From the IMG/VR virus record IMGVR_UViG_3300024336_000005, positions 62,001-126,000 of that record: a DNA stretch of 64,000 nt. One strand, written 5' to 3'. Both the position numbers and the translations under genes were made by a program. The notes under the pieces are model-generated. The model saw only the letters and a list, made by a program, of their open reading frames with translations. It had not been told where the DNA came from and made no database searches. Shown here piece by piece: positions 38,007 to 47,318 of this stretch (position 1 is the stretch's first letter; every line of letters starts with the position of its first letter).

Positions 38007-38215
38007 TGTTACTCAAGGAACTTGAGTGGGAAGAAGTCCTTATCGGGATGAAGCTTTGTTCTCTTGCTGACCCAAATGTGATTGGCACCATTGTCAAAAA
38101 GAACTATGCTCCAGAAGAAGACCGTGAAAATTCGATTAACATTGAATGGTCAAATGGGAATACTTCGGCTAGGGTTTGGCATTGGTGGCAACATAATGAG
38201 ATTGTGGAGGACTAA
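38006..38215 (+). CDS. hypothetical protein
   Basis: TGATG coupling. Confidence 0.7.
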   Translation: MLLKELEWEEVLIGMKLCSLADPNVIGTIVKKNYAPEEDRENSINIEWSNGNTSARVWHWWQHNEIVED

Positions 38216-38436
38216 TGAAGGTTTATAAGATTCTAGAATTGGACTGGAGTGAAGCCTTTCTTGACAGGGATGGAGTTGAGGATGAGCTTTGGAGGAATGA
38301 AGTTCCTGTCCATTGCACTCAAGGAGTGGCGCGCTTGAACGCCGAAAACTTCCCTCTCTTGTATCCTCTTTTGCTCGAGAAGTTTTCCTCAGAAGAGCTA
38401 AACGAGTTCAAATACTTTACAGTAATCCCAGGCTGA
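38215..38436 (+). CDS. hypothetical protein
   Basis: TAATG coupling. Confidence 0.7.
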   Translation: MKVYKILELDWSEAFLDRDGVEDELWRNEVPVHCTQGVARLNAENFPLLYPLLLEKFSSEELNEFKYFTVIPG

Positions 38437-38455
38437 ATCAGGAGAGGAAGGGTTA

Positions 38456-38722
38456 ATGATTAAGGCATCTGAAGCCCGAAGGCTTTCTGATCTGCACAAG
38501 GTGAAGTTCTTAGATTTTTTGAATATCGTCAATAAGGATATTCGACATCAAGCTGAGAGCTTTGGAGGTAATGAAATAGTTTATCCTTTCTGTGCACATC
38601 CTGAAGATCTTATTCATAGAGTTATGTGTAGGCTTCAAGAATTTGGCTATGTGACCAGAGTTATCAAGGCGGATGTAGGCGTTTTTAACGTTACGATCTC
38701 TTGGCATGAAGAGGCAAACTAA
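38456..38722 (+). CDS. hypothetical protein
   Basis: RBS, ORF. Confidence 0.7.
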   Translation: MIKASEARRLSDLHKVKFLDFLNIVNKDIRHQAESFGGNEIVYPFCAHPEDLIHRVMCRLQEFGYVTRVIKADVGVFNVTISWHEEAN

Positions 38723-39030
38723 TGGCTAAGATTTATCAAATGTGGCGAGTGTTCCATACTGATGGTGGCGGCATGGGGTTTGACCAAGGGACCTTAGGCA
38801 TCTTCAAGGAGCAGGCCACTGCCGTAGCGATCAACAAAAGGAATCCTTATACTGACTTTTCACAAGTTTGGGTAGTGGAGACAGGTGGTTATGTCTATCA
38901 ACTGAAAGACAAGAAGCCAATTAAACCTGAAGTTAATCGTGTTGAACACGAGAAGAAAGTTAAGGAGATTGCTCTTGCAAAGCTCACTGATGAAGAGAAG
39001 AGCATTCTAGGCTTGCTTGAGGATGATTGA
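38722..39030 (+). CDS. hypothetical protein
   Basis: TAATG coupling. Confidence 0.75.
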   Translation: MAKIYQMWRVFHTDGGGMGFDQGTLGIFKEQATAVAINKRNPYTDFSQVWVVETGGYVYQLKDKKPIKPEVNRVEHEKKVKEIALAKLTDEEKSILGLLEDD

Positions 39031-39035
39031 AATCA

Positions 39036-39126
39036 GGAGAGGTGGCGGAGTGGTTTAACGCACTTGGTTGCTAACTAAGCGTGTCTCAAAAGGGCACCGA
39101 GGGTTCGAATCCCTCCCTCTCTTCCA
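39036..39126 (+). tRNA. trnS: tRNA-Ser(GCU)
   Basis: CTTGG-TTGCTAA-CTAAG, long variable arm, CCA. Confidence 0.92.
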
Positions 39127-39143
39127 CAATAGAAAGGTTGAGT

Positions 39144-39596
39144 ATGTCTGAAGAAGCTGTGGCAGAAAGACTTAGCCGGAATGAGTTGAACCTCATTGCT
39201 AAGACAATATCTGAGCCTCTACAAGAGGGAACGTTTACGTTAGCTCTTGTAGGTAATATAAGAAGTGAAGACCGAGGTGGTATTCAAGAAGGTGCTGAGA
39301 TTTTGATGAAGATGGATGGGATTGAGACGGTTGTGGTTTGCGCGATTGCGAACTCAGCTAAGCTCATAGGCTATCTTGTCACAAAATCAGCAACAGTTGA
39401 ACCTAAGCAGTGGATCGAAGAGCTGTTTTCTACTGATTCTGAGATTGTTTTTACACTTGAAAATAATGCAGAAGTTGTTTTTGAGATTCCACTTGGGTTT
39501 TTCGCTTCATGTAAAGATAGAGCCGCCCTTTGGGCTCTGACAAAGAACTTGTTGACTGATAGGTTCTTAAGTAAGATCGGAAAGGTTGTTGAATGA
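39144..39596 (+). CDS. hypothetical protein, weakly like the C-terminal part of DHH phosphoesterases
   Basis: start corrected (ORF track began inside tRNA); AEILMKMDGIETVVV. Confidence 0.65.
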   Translation: MSEEAVAERLSRNELNLIAKTISEPLQEGTFTLALVGNIRSEDRGGIQEGAEILMKMDGIETVVVCAIANSAKLIGYLVTKSATVEPKQWIEELFSTDSEIVFTLENNAEVVFEIPLGFFASCKDRAALWALTKNLLTDRFLSKIGKVVE

Positions 39597-39859
39597 TATT
39601 CCTTCTCATCTTTTTTGCTCTCTTTTTGGGAGCTTCTACTTGGTATGGGTGGACTAGGACCTTCCCGGAGGCCACAAAGTTAGCACGAGATTATCAGTAT
39701 GATTTGGTCGCGTCAGAAGACATTGCCGATTTTGCTTTTACAGAACTTCTTATTCCTTATTCTCTGATTGTCTTTGCTTCAATGTTTTGGCCCATCACCC
39801 TTTTTGGTTTGTTTGTTTACTTACTCTGGAAGTGGATTTACCCTACAGAGGAACTTTAA
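39593..39859 (+). CDS. membrane protein
   Basis: two TM segments. Confidence 0.7.
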   Translation: MIFLLIFFALFLGASTWYGWTRTFPEATKLARDYQYDLVASEDIADFAFTELLIPYSLIVFASMFWPITLFGLFVYLLWKWIYPTEEL

Positions 39860-40213
39860 TTGAAAGATAAGAAAATGCAGTATGAAATTCCTAGTTGGGC
39901 TCGTGTTGATGCAGTCCCAGCTCTACAAGAGATTAGTTTTGTTCACTTCCACCGAGAGGTGGAAGGTCACCGTAAGCTCGCTGCGACCATGGCTTGGACC
40001 CTAGATCCCAGGACGCAAGCTCCTGTTAGCACCTATGCTTTCGTGAGCAGGGAGGATCAGGGGGAGAAGTCGGTTGGTCGTCAGCTTGCTGGAGATCGTC
40101 TCGCACGATTCCTGAGCTTCGGACGCTCTGATGGAAAGGTCTCTGAGTTTTCCTCAGAAAAGGCCCTCTGGAATACCGTAGCGGCGCAGAAGGTTTCGTT
40201 TCTGACCTCTTGA
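39860..40213 (+). CDS. hypothetical protein
   Basis: ORF. Confidence 0.7.
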   Translation: MKDKKMQYEIPSWARVDAVPALQEISFVHFHREVEGHRKLAATMAWTLDPRTQAPVSTYAFVSREDQGEKSVGRQLAGDRLARFLSFGRSDGKVSEFSSEKALWNTVAAQKVSFLTS

Positions 40214-40232
40214 GAGGTCAAGGAGATAGATT

Positions 40233-40757
40233 ATGAGTCAAATTTTAGATAGCATTGAGGCGAGGTGGGAAGCATTGCTCACTGCCGCCAAAGACGCCCA
40301 AGCTGTTAAGATTAGCACTTATAATCTATACACTGGAATGACTTCTTACGGGACTATGGTGTCCTCTGGGAAGACCTTAAGTTCTCGCTTATTCATGAAT
40401 TTGGTGGCGCCTAAGGCAAGGTTCCTTGTTGGCATCCCTCCTTTTATTGAATGTGTTGAGAATTGTGAGCACTGTCAAGAGCAACGGAAGAGGTCGATGG
40501 CTAAGTTCGCCTTTCATAAGGAGACCTGGCCGTCGATTGACTTCCGCTTTGCGAAAGAACATCACCTTAAGCTTTACTTGTTTAAGATTGATGGTAAGTG
40601 GACTGGATTTACCGGTGGGGTGAATCTATCAAATTCCCAGTGGGATGATCTTTTAATTAGACTTAGTCCAGAAGATGCTGAGAAGTGTAACGTCCTTTTT
40701 GAGAGCCTTTGGGCCCCAGCTACTAACCCCCTTGAAACTTTTTCCTCTTGGAAATGA
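40233..40757 (+). CDS. phospholipase D-family (HKD) nuclease-like protein
   Basis: HHLKLYLFKID...TGGVNLS. Confidence 0.65.
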   Translation: MSQILDSIEARWEALLTAAKDAQAVKISTYNLYTGMTSYGTMVSSGKTLSSRLFMNLVAPKARFLVGIPPFIECVENCEHCQEQRKRSMAKFAFHKETWPSIDFRFAKEHHLKLYLFKIDGKWTGFTGGVNLSNSQWDDLLIRLSPEDAEKCNVLFESLWAPATNPLETFSSWK

Positions 40758-40772
40758 ACTGAAAGAATTAAA

Positions 40773-42416
40773 ATGAACTACGGTAAGACTGTTAGCAACG
40801 CTATCAACAATGGTCCAGTTTCTCAGCCTATCATCGGTAGGCCCGAGATGGTAAAGAACAGCACTGAGGGCTTTGTCTTCAACACCACTTCTGAGGCAGC
40901 GCTTGAGCGCTTCCTCATTCTTGGCACTGAAGGCGGCACTTACTATGCCAGCGAGAGCCGAGCTACAGTTGATGCGGCAAAGAATGTCATCGAGATGGCT
41001 GTTGCTGGCAACGTAGATGTAGTCAGTACCATCATCAAGGTCGCTACTGCTCGTCCCTCTCGTGCGCCAAAGATGGAGCCTTCCTTGTTTGCTCTTGCAG
41101 TTTGTACCGCAAAGGGCACCCCCGAGGTAAAAGCTAAGGCGCTCAGCGCGCTGAGCGCGGTTTGCCGTATCCCCACTCATCTGTTTACCTTTCTTCAGGC
41201 CCACAAGGATCTGGGAGGCAAGACCGGTGGGCGCAGCTTCCAGCGAGCCCTACAGAATTGGTATCTTGAGAAGGATCCCTCTAAGCTGGCTTATCAGGTT
41301 GTGAAGTATCAGGGGAGGAATGGCTGGACTCACCGTGATGTTCTTCGGCTTGCCCGCCCTAAGGCTCAGACCCCTGAGCAGAACTCTATTTTGAGTTGGG
41401 CTGTGAATGGTTCGCTGCCTCTGGCAGTAAGTTCTGAAGCGGGTGCTTATCTTGTGGCGGCGAATGAGCTGCTGCGAGGGGAGCCGACGAAGCAGCGTGC
41501 AATCAACTTGATTGAGTCTCATGGGTTCACCCATGAGATGGTTCCGACTAAGCTTCAGAAGGACCCTGATATCTGGGCAGCTTTGCTTCCCCGCATGCCT
41601 ATCAATGCAATGGTTCGCAACCTTGGTCGGATGACTGCCAATGGTCTGATTGTTCCATTCAGTGCCACAACTCAGAGCGTGGTGGAGAAGCTTGAGAATG
41701 TGGATGCCCTTCGCAAGAGCCGCATCCATCCGCTCAACGTTTACGTGGCCTTGCGTACCTATCAGCAGGGCAAGGGCACTCGAGGTTCGTTGACTTGGCG
41801 TCCTGATGCTCAGATCTTGAGCGCACTAGAAGGAGCATTCTACAATGCTTTCGGGAATGTAGAACCGACTGGTAAGCGCTTCATGGTGGGCCTGGATGTA
41901 AGCGGCAGCATGGGTGGATTCTATGGCTACGGCTATAACAGTACTGTGAACCAGACTGGCCTTATGGGGATTCCTGGGTTTACGCCTTATGAGGCAGAAA
42001 CCCTTATGTCCCTTTTGGTTGCAAAGACTGAGAAGCAGACCTTCTTTGGTGGGTTTTCAGACAACTTCACTCCCCTTGCTATCAACTCCCGTGATAACAT
42101 GAGCTCGGCTCTTCAGAAGATCCGATCACTCCGCATGGGTTCCACTAGGATTGCTGCTCCGATGGAGTATGCCACCAAGAACAGGATTCCGGTGGATTGC
42201 TTCCAGATCTACACCGACAATGAAGTGAACATGGGCGGACATCCTTGTCAGACCCTTGAGAAGTATCGTCAGGCTACTGGCATCAATGCGGCCATGGTCG
42301 TATGCGCTATGACCTCTACGAATTTCACTGTGGCCGACCCGAAGGATCCGAAGCAGCTTGATGTTGTTGGATTTGACACGGCAGTGCCAGCTTTGATTCG
42401 ACAGCTTTTGGTGTAA
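40773..42416 (+). CDS. rsr: Ro60/Rsr TROVE-domain RNA-binding protein
   Basis: LERFLILGTEGGTYY, KYQGRNGWTHRDVLRLARP, VRNLGRMT, IHP, vWA MIDAS DVSGSM, YTDNE, DVVGFD. Confidence 0.97.
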   Translation: MNYGKTVSNAINNGPVSQPIIGRPEMVKNSTEGFVFNTTSEAALERFLILGTEGGTYYASESRATVDAAKNVIEMAVAGNVDVVSTIIKVATARPSRAPKMEPSLFALAVCTAKGTPEVKAKALSALSAVCRIPTHLFTFLQAHKDLGGKTGGRSFQRALQNWYLEKDPSKLAYQVVKYQGRNGWTHRDVLRLARPKAQTPEQNSILSWAVNGSLPLAVSSEAGAYLVAANELLRGEPTKQRAINLIESHGFTHEMVPTKLQKDPDIWAALLPRMPINAMVRNLGRMTANGLIVPFSATTQSVVEKLENVDALRKSRIHPLNVYVALRTYQQGKGTRGSLTWRPDAQILSALEGAFYNAFGNVEPTGKRFMVGLDVSGSMGGFYGYGYNSTVNQTGLMGIPGFTPYEAETLMSLLVAKTEKQTFFGGFSDNFTPLAINSRDNMSSALQKIRSLRMGSTRIAAPMEYATKNRIPVDCFQIYTDNEVNMGGHPCQTLEKYRQATGINAAMVVCAMTSTNFTVADPKDPKQLDVVGFDTAVPALIRQLLV

Positions 42417-42432
42417 GAGAAAGGAGACTTTA

Positions 42433-42876
42433 GTGGACATTCGCACTCGCAAAGACATCCCCTCTAATTGGGGTGGCCCATATAAGGCCATCAAAATTAC
42501 CTCTGTTACAGCAACCGTATATAATGGCAAGGCCTCAGACTGCGCAATCACCGCCTCCTGGTTTAGTGATTTTAGCAGTCTGCAGTCTGACCCTTATTTG
42601 CTAATTAACCTAGGGACCGAAGACTGCTATCCATGTCGCATGGATGCCTTCTTCGATGCTTATTCTCCTAATGGCGATGGCAGCTTTTCCAAGCGAGACA
42701 GTGCCCCTGGTAAGGAAGAACGATTTTTAATTCCAGAGGGAATCAGTGTAAATGTTCATACACTTGAAGGAATTAGCGCCATAGTCGGTCCTAGCTATTT
42801 GGTTGTTGGCACTCAAGGTGAGGTGTATCACAATAGTATAGATTGGGCCAATGAGAATCTTCACTTTGTAAGTTAA
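42433..42876 (+). CDS. hypothetical phage protein
   Basis: ORF directly after rsr. Confidence 0.7.
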   Translation: MDIRTRKDIPSNWGGPYKAIKITSVTATVYNGKASDCAITASWFSDFSSLQSDPYLLINLGTEDCYPCRMDAFFDAYSPNGDGSFSKRDSAPGKEERFLIPEGISVNVHTLEGISAIVGPSYLVVGTQGEVYHNSIDWANENLHFVS

Positions 42877-42886
42877 TCATTTTCTG

Positions 42887-43080
42887 AAGAACTGATGTAA
42901 GAAGATTATCACAACTATAACGGCCCTAAGGTAGCGAGAGTCGGGCGACCGATGTTCCGCAATATAGACTCCTAATTCTCCAGTAGAATAAGAGTACGTG
43001 CTCAATGCCGTATCCCACTTTGTGGAGCGGTAATAGCGGCAGGGGTTCAACCCCTATTTCTTCTTCAACTCTTTGTTCTT
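42887..43080 (+). ncRNA. putative Y RNA 1
   Basis: 5' AAGAACTGA pairs with 3' TTGTTCTT; AAGAAGA/TCTTCTT upper stem. Confidence 0.7.
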
Positions 43081-43090
43081 GAGATTCAAA

Positions 43091-43816
43091 ATGAAAATAC
43101 AATATGTAAGTGATGTTCACACTGAATTTCACAAAGATTTGGGAATTCAGTGGGCTAAAACGATTCCTGTTGAAGGGGATGTTTTAGTTCTTGCTGGTGA
43201 TATTGTTATTTTCGAGAACCTCATTCAGGTCTTGACAATCATTTGTAATCGCTTTTCGAAGGTGGTATTTGTTAGCGGCAATCATGAGTATTACCGTTCA
43301 GATCGTAAAACGATTCATAACAAACTGCAAAAGATTGCAAATAAGTTTGACAATTTCCATCATTTAAATAATAATGTAGTTGTCATTGAGGATATACGCT
43401 TCGTCGGTACGACACTTTGGTGGAGCGCCCCTCCTTATGCTTGGCTAGCCATCATGAATGGCTTGAACGACTTTAGTCAGATACTTGGGTATCGCAAATG
43501 GGTCAGCCAGGCAAACATAAAAGCCAAACAGTTTCTACAAGAGAATGTGCGAGAAGGTGATATTGTTATCACCCATCATGCACCAACTTGGGAGGCGCAC
43601 CGACGGCGACAGTTGGGTAATGGAGTAATGCATTTTGCTTATTACAACAACTTAGATGATTTGATCCTTGATAACAAACCAAAATATTGGATTTATGGAC
43701 ACACGCACCATGAAGATCAATTTTCTATAGGGGATACACTTTTAGTGAATTCCCCGCATGATTATTGTCCTTATGAGGGCGGTTGGCCGAAGAAATTCGG
43801 CCTTTTAGATGTCTAG
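43091..43816 (+). CDS. metallophosphoesterase
   Basis: SDVH, LAGDI, GNHE, THHAP, YGHTH; AT-rich. Confidence 0.88.
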   Translation: MKIQYVSDVHTEFHKDLGIQWAKTIPVEGDVLVLAGDIVIFENLIQVLTIICNRFSKVVFVSGNHEYYRSDRKTIHNKLQKIANKFDNFHHLNNNVVVIEDIRFVGTTLWWSAPPYAWLAIMNGLNDFSQILGYRKWVSQANIKAKQFLQENVREGDIVITHHAPTWEAHRRRQLGNGVMHFAYYNNLDDLILDNKPKYWIYGHTHHEDQFSIGDTLLVNSPHDYCPYEGGWPKKFGLLDV

Positions 43817-43923
43817 AAGGGTAGGCTGTTTTAAGCCGAGGGCAGACCCGTTAAGGGTCTCGCGAGCTAAGGAGGCGGAAGGGCCTTAGCTGATAGAGGT
43901 GAATCATTAGAACGACCTCTTAT

Positions 43924-44012
43924 GCCAGATGATGACCTAATTGGATAGGCGACACACTGTGAATGTGTTTGGCGAAAGCCTTTAGCGGGTTCGAATCCCG
44001 TCATTTGGCCCA
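43924..44012 (+). tRNA. trnH: tRNA-His(GUG) with long variable arm
   Basis: G-1:C73, ACACA-CTGTGAA-TGTGT, GGC-GAAA-GCC extra arm, CCA. Confidence 0.88.
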
Positions 44013-44013
44013 T

Positions 44014-44100
44014 ATGAACTGAAGTGATTTCTTTATTACAAACCATTTAAGTTGGGTAACGGCGTTGTGGCACCCATTAGAAGTTACACTATTTGTTCAT
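44014..44100 (+). ncRNA. putative Y RNA 2
   Basis: ATGAACTGA / TTGTTCAT; starts right after tRNA CCA. Confidence 0.7.
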
Positions 44101-44103
44101 TTT

Positions 44104-44174
44104 GCTATTGTTTCTAGGTGAGAGGCCTGTGTGGTATACAGGTCAACAGGGTTCGATTCCCTGCAGTAGCACCA
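44104..44174 (+). tRNA. trnT: tRNA-Thr(GGU), short D arm
   Basis: GCTATTG/CAGTAGC, CCTGT-GTGGTAT-ACAGG, ACCA. Confidence 0.7.
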
Positions 44175-44250
44175 TAAGGGCGTGCACCGGGACTCATACT
44201 CCCCTTTAAAACCCTTAAGGTTAGTGAGATCTGATCACCTCGCTGGCTCT

Positions 44251-44324
44251 GAGACCCTAGTCTAATGGTAGGGCAGCGGATTGCAACCCCGCTAATTCCG
44301 GTTCAAGTCCGGAGGGTTTCTCCA
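44251..44324 (+). tRNA. trnC: tRNA-Cys(GCA)
   Basis: GCGGA-TTGCAAC-CCCGC, U73, CCA. Confidence 0.9.
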
Positions 44325-44379
44325 GATGTTACTAGCATCACCTGAGTCTCGACATGGCGTCAACTAGTCGAGGCTCTAC

Positions 44380-44455
44380 GGCCTTATAGGATAATGGCTA
44401 ATCCACCCGATTCTCATTCGGGATATGGCGGGTTCGACTCCCCCTAAGGTCACCA
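44380..44455 (+). tRNA. trnE: tRNA-Glu(CUC)
   Basis: CCCGA-TTCTCAT-TCGGG, ACCA. Confidence 0.88.
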
Positions 44456-44456
44456 T

Positions 44457-44523
44457 ACGAACTGAAGATATTACGTTACCAAACTGTTAATTTGCTCATG
44501 CGTAATTTCAACCATTTGTTCGT
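44457..44523 (+). ncRNA. putative Y RNA 3 (minimal, carries an Asn-type anticodon loop)
   Basis: ACGAACTGA / TTGTTCGT; CAAA-CTGTTAA-TTTG. Confidence 0.7.
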
Positions 44524-44528
44524 TTTAA

Positions 44529-44602
44529 GGCAGTACACCACGGGCTGGTAGGTGCGGTTCATATTCGTCATCGCAAGGGTTCGAGTCCCTTTGCTGCTAC
44601 CA
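44529..44602 (+). tRNA. degenerate tRNA, probable CAU anticodon
   Basis: GGCAGTA/TGCTGCT acceptor, T-arm, ACCA; weak D and anticodon stems. Confidence 0.5.
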
Positions 44603-44641
44603 CTGACTAGGGTGAGGTCATCAATTTGAAAGACAGGACGA

Positions 44642-44908
44642 ATGCATCCTTTTAGAAAACATCTAGAGATAGAAACTACAAAATCAGGTTCTCTGATTTC
44701 TGTCTATGGACAACCTTCTTGGGTGCAACTTTTCTTTCTTTACATAGATGCTATGGATAAGATGGGACATTCTTTTTACAGAGACTCATCCTTCTACAAA
44801 GAGAGGCTAGAGCTTCTAATCAGAACGGGAAGGTCCAATCGAATTCGTATATGTTGCAGGACGCTTAATAAGCGTTCTAAAAAGCTTCTAAAAGAGATAG
44901 TTGATTAG
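44642..44908 (+). CDS. hypothetical protein
   Basis: ORF. Confidence 0.6.
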   Translation: MHPFRKHLEIETTKSGSLISVYGQPSWVQLFFLYIDAMDKMGHSFYRDSSFYKERLELLIRTGRSNRIRICCRTLNKRSKKLLKEIVD

Positions 44909-44916
44909 AGGAACAA

Positions 44917-45204
44917 ATGGCTTGCAAGATTTGTGGATACAGAAAGAATGTGGCCTTTGGATGCTACGGTCACGAAGAAGAGGCTAAAGTAGAAGAGCCA
45001 AAGGCTGCCGCTTCTTTTGAAATGATGGTTGTAAGCTATCAGTTGGATCGTGGATATGGCCAAGGCTGGGAGAAGCTTTTCACTTGTGCTGACAACAAGA
45101 ATCTTGCTGGTGATTGGCGTGTAACGCCTAATGAATATGGGCATTGGCCGGCTTCGCAGATGCAGAAGCATATGAGAAATGAGGGCCTTCCCCTCTCCGA
45201 TTGA
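44917..45204 (+). CDS. hypothetical protein
   Basis: RBS, ORF. Confidence 0.75.
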   Translation: MACKICGYRKNVAFGCYGHEEEAKVEEPKAAASFEMMVVSYQLDRGYGQGWEKLFTCADNKNLAGDWRVTPNEYGHWPASQMQKHMRNEGLPLSD

Positions 45205-45306
45205 AGATCATAACTGAAGATTCAGTCTTTGTTTGTAAGGCTCCCTACACCGAATGGGAAGACACTGGCAAGATTCCTTTCTGAAGTCTTATGAGAGAGA
45301 GTTAAA

Positions 45307-45693
45307 ATGACTATTGGTTATGTTATCGCCTGGGCTTTATTTTATGTAATGTGTTCAACTCCTTTCCTCTTTGCTGTGGTTTCATCTAGTGGAAAGCAAA
45401 TTGATGCCTTCATTGAGACAAAAGCACATTGGCCAACATGGCTATATGCGTCTTTTTGCTTTTTCATCTGGAGTGGAGTCTTTTTGCTTTCCCCTCTGAT
45501 CGCACTTGTTTTGGGGATTTTCTATTCGACAAAAGGACTAAAGATCTCCTATCGAGAAAGAGAAGTCGAACGGCAGTACATTCTTAAGAAAAGGGAGAGG
45601 ATGACAAAGCTTCAAAAGCGTTCTGGTGGCAGTCTCTCCCTCTCTAAAAACCGACAGCAGGGCATGCTTTCTAAAATTCCTATAGAAAAGTGA
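45307..45693 (+). CDS. membrane protein
   Basis: TM segments. Confidence 0.7.
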   Translation: MTIGYVIAWALFYVMCSTPFLFAVVSSSGKQIDAFIETKAHWPTWLYASFCFFIWSGVFLLSPLIALVLGIFYSTKGLKISYREREVERQYILKKRERMTKLQKRSGGSLSLSKNRQQGMLSKIPIEK

Positions 45694-45810
45694 AAAAGTG
45701 CCCAAAAATATTGTTGGGTTTTAGAAAAAGGATTTTTCAAAAATGACGCTATGGTTCCTTGGGTTTATTACCGGCGCCGGCGCCGGCCTTCTCGGCCATT
45801 CGATTTTAAC

Positions 45811-46122
45811 ATGGAAAAAGTAGCAGACCTTTGGAGGTTGATCCTCCACATTTGGGACTGGCTGAGAGTGAGCCTTAGGGCTCACGCAGAGAAGTTGATC
45901 CTAATTGTTATGTTTGTTCTTCTTGGTCTCATTGCTTGGGACTATTGGAACGATGAGATTGTAGTGAAACACACAGTTGATCTGTGTGCTCAAGAGGGGA
46001 ATCTTGGTTATCCCGACGAATGTGAATGCATCATCATGCAAGCACTTCTGCAAGAGGATGATCATGCAATGAAGAGACTCTTGGGCAAAGCAGGAGAGTG
46101 TAGGACTCTTCTGGGCGAGTAA
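45811..46122 (+). CDS. membrane-anchored protein
   Basis: start corrected to ATG 45811. Confidence 0.6.
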   Translation: MEKVADLWRLILHIWDWLRVSLRAHAEKLILIVMFVLLGLIAWDYWNDEIVVKHTVDLCAQEGNLGYPDECECIIMQALLQEDDHAMKRLLGKAGECRTLLGE

Positions 46123-46125
46123 AAT

Positions 46126-46165
46126 ACGGCAGTGGTGTAATGGTAGCACGAGGGATTCCAAACCT
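46126..46165 (+). pseudogene. 5' half of split tRNA-Trp(CCA)
   Basis: ACGGCAG..AGGGA-TTCCAAA-CC; pairs 7/7 with CTGCCGT at 46849-46855. Confidence 0.85.
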
Positions 46166-46172
46166 GTTGCAT

Positions 46173-46244
46173 ACGCCCTTAGCCAAATGGTAAGGCAGCG
46201 GATTCCAAACCCGTGATTTGTAGGTTCGATCCCTACAGGGCGTG
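46173..46244 (+). tRNA. trnW: tRNA-Trp(CCA), intact copy inside the split gene
   Basis: ACGCCCT/AGGGCGT, GCGGA-TTCCAAA-CCCGT, G73. Confidence 0.93.
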
Positions 46245-46246
46245 CA

Positions 46247-46795
46247 TTATTTAAAGGGGCCATCTTGATTTAGATAGTGATCAACTTGATGACAGGTAGG
46301 ACAAAGAATTTCTAAGTTCTCAATAGAACTATCAAGCTTATCTCTATTTTTATGATGAACCTGTAATACATTTGGATACTCACTCCATCCACATTGTGCA
46401 CAAACAAGTTTAAGTTGCTCAAAAGCAATGGCCCTGTATCCACCTTTTATATATCTACCATTTTTGTAGTTGCTTCCTTTGGAGCCTGATCTAAAAAAGG
46501 TGTTAGCACAGCTTCTGCTACAAACAGTCTTTTCTTTTGGATGTCCTTTAAGAGTCTCAAATTCCTTTAGGCATTGTGGGCATTCTTTTAATACTGTCTG
46601 ATACTTCCTTCTAGGATTTTTCCAATGAGAAATATCTAAAGCCTCTTTTGAAATTCTTGAACGCAGAGCCTGATAAGGCGCATTGTCTATTCCAAGAATT
46701 TCAAATAATTCCTTTCCGCAGGAAGCTGTTTCTACTGCTGCAGCGAAAGATTTAGTCGAATATAACCAGATTCTTGATTTCTTTTTGTGGTTCAT
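46247..46795 (-). CDS. HNH homing endonuclease (antisense, AT-rich)
   Basis: CPQC..CSRSC Zn finger; CAQCG..LQVHHKNRDK..NLEILCPTCH. Confidence 0.9.
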   Translation of the reverse strand: MNHKKKSRIWLYSTKSFAAAVETASCGKELFEILGIDNAPYQALRSRISKEALDISHWKNPRRKYQTVLKECPQCLKEFETLKGHPKEKTVCSRSCANTFFRSGSKGSNYKNGRYIKGGYRAIAFEQLKLVCAQCGWSEYPNVLQVHHKNRDKLDSSIENLEILCPTCHQVDHYLNQDGPFK

Positions 46796-46827
46796 GCATA
46801 CCTCCTAAGGACACAATAACAAAGATT

Positions 46828-46856
46828 CGGTCAGGGTTCAAGTCCTTGCTGCCGTG
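46828..46856 (+). pseudogene. 3' half of split tRNA-Trp
   Basis: CAGGG-TTCAAGT-CCTTG T-arm, CTGCCGT-G acceptor strand. Confidence 0.85.
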
Positions 46857-46878
46857 CAAAATGAAAGAAGAAAACAAC

Positions 46879-47130
46879 ATGCAAGCACATCACTATTTGA
46901 GAGATCACTTCATTCGCAACAATGCCCTCTCTCGTTCTGAAACTCCCTATGGACCTTATAGGGGCTATGTTACTGGTACGTCAGTCTATGATAAGGCTAG
47001 CGGCAATGTGACAGTAGAAGATATTAAGATCCTGAATGGGATTTCCTTTGGGCAAGCAACAGCTGTTAGAATCTGCAAGGAGAATCCTAACCGTATTCTC
47101 ATCAAGTACACTTGTGATTCGACAGACTGA
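46879..47130 (+). CDS. hypothetical protein
   Basis: start corrected. Confidence 0.65.
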   Translation: MQAHHYLRDHFIRNNALSRSETPYGPYRGYVTGTSVYDKASGNVTVEDIKILNGISFGQATAVRICKENPNRILIKYTCDSTD

Positions 47131-47312
47131 TGAATGTTAACGATGTAGTTACAGTAAAGGCAGGTCCTAATAAGACCCCTTATGAATGTCTTGTAAGGTA
47201 TATTTATCCTAATGAAGATGTCCTCTTGGAGCTTCCTAATTTTCTGGGGAACAACCTTAGGTATCAACGTTGGAATAAGTCCTTAAAGAAGTATCGGTCC
47301 GCAAGGACCTAA
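47130..47312 (+). CDS. hypothetical protein
   Basis: TGATG coupling. Confidence 0.65.
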   Translation: MNVNDVVTVKAGPNKTPYECLVRYIYPNEDVLLELPNFLGNNLRYQRWNKSLKKYRSART

Positions 47313-47318
47313 AGATTT

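Noticed and set aside
45209-45294. Seventh Y RNA (TCATAACTGAAG..CTGAAGTCTTATGA)
   Set aside because: It forms a long hairpin with part of the 5' motif but lacks the TTGTT(C) partner strand; not counted.
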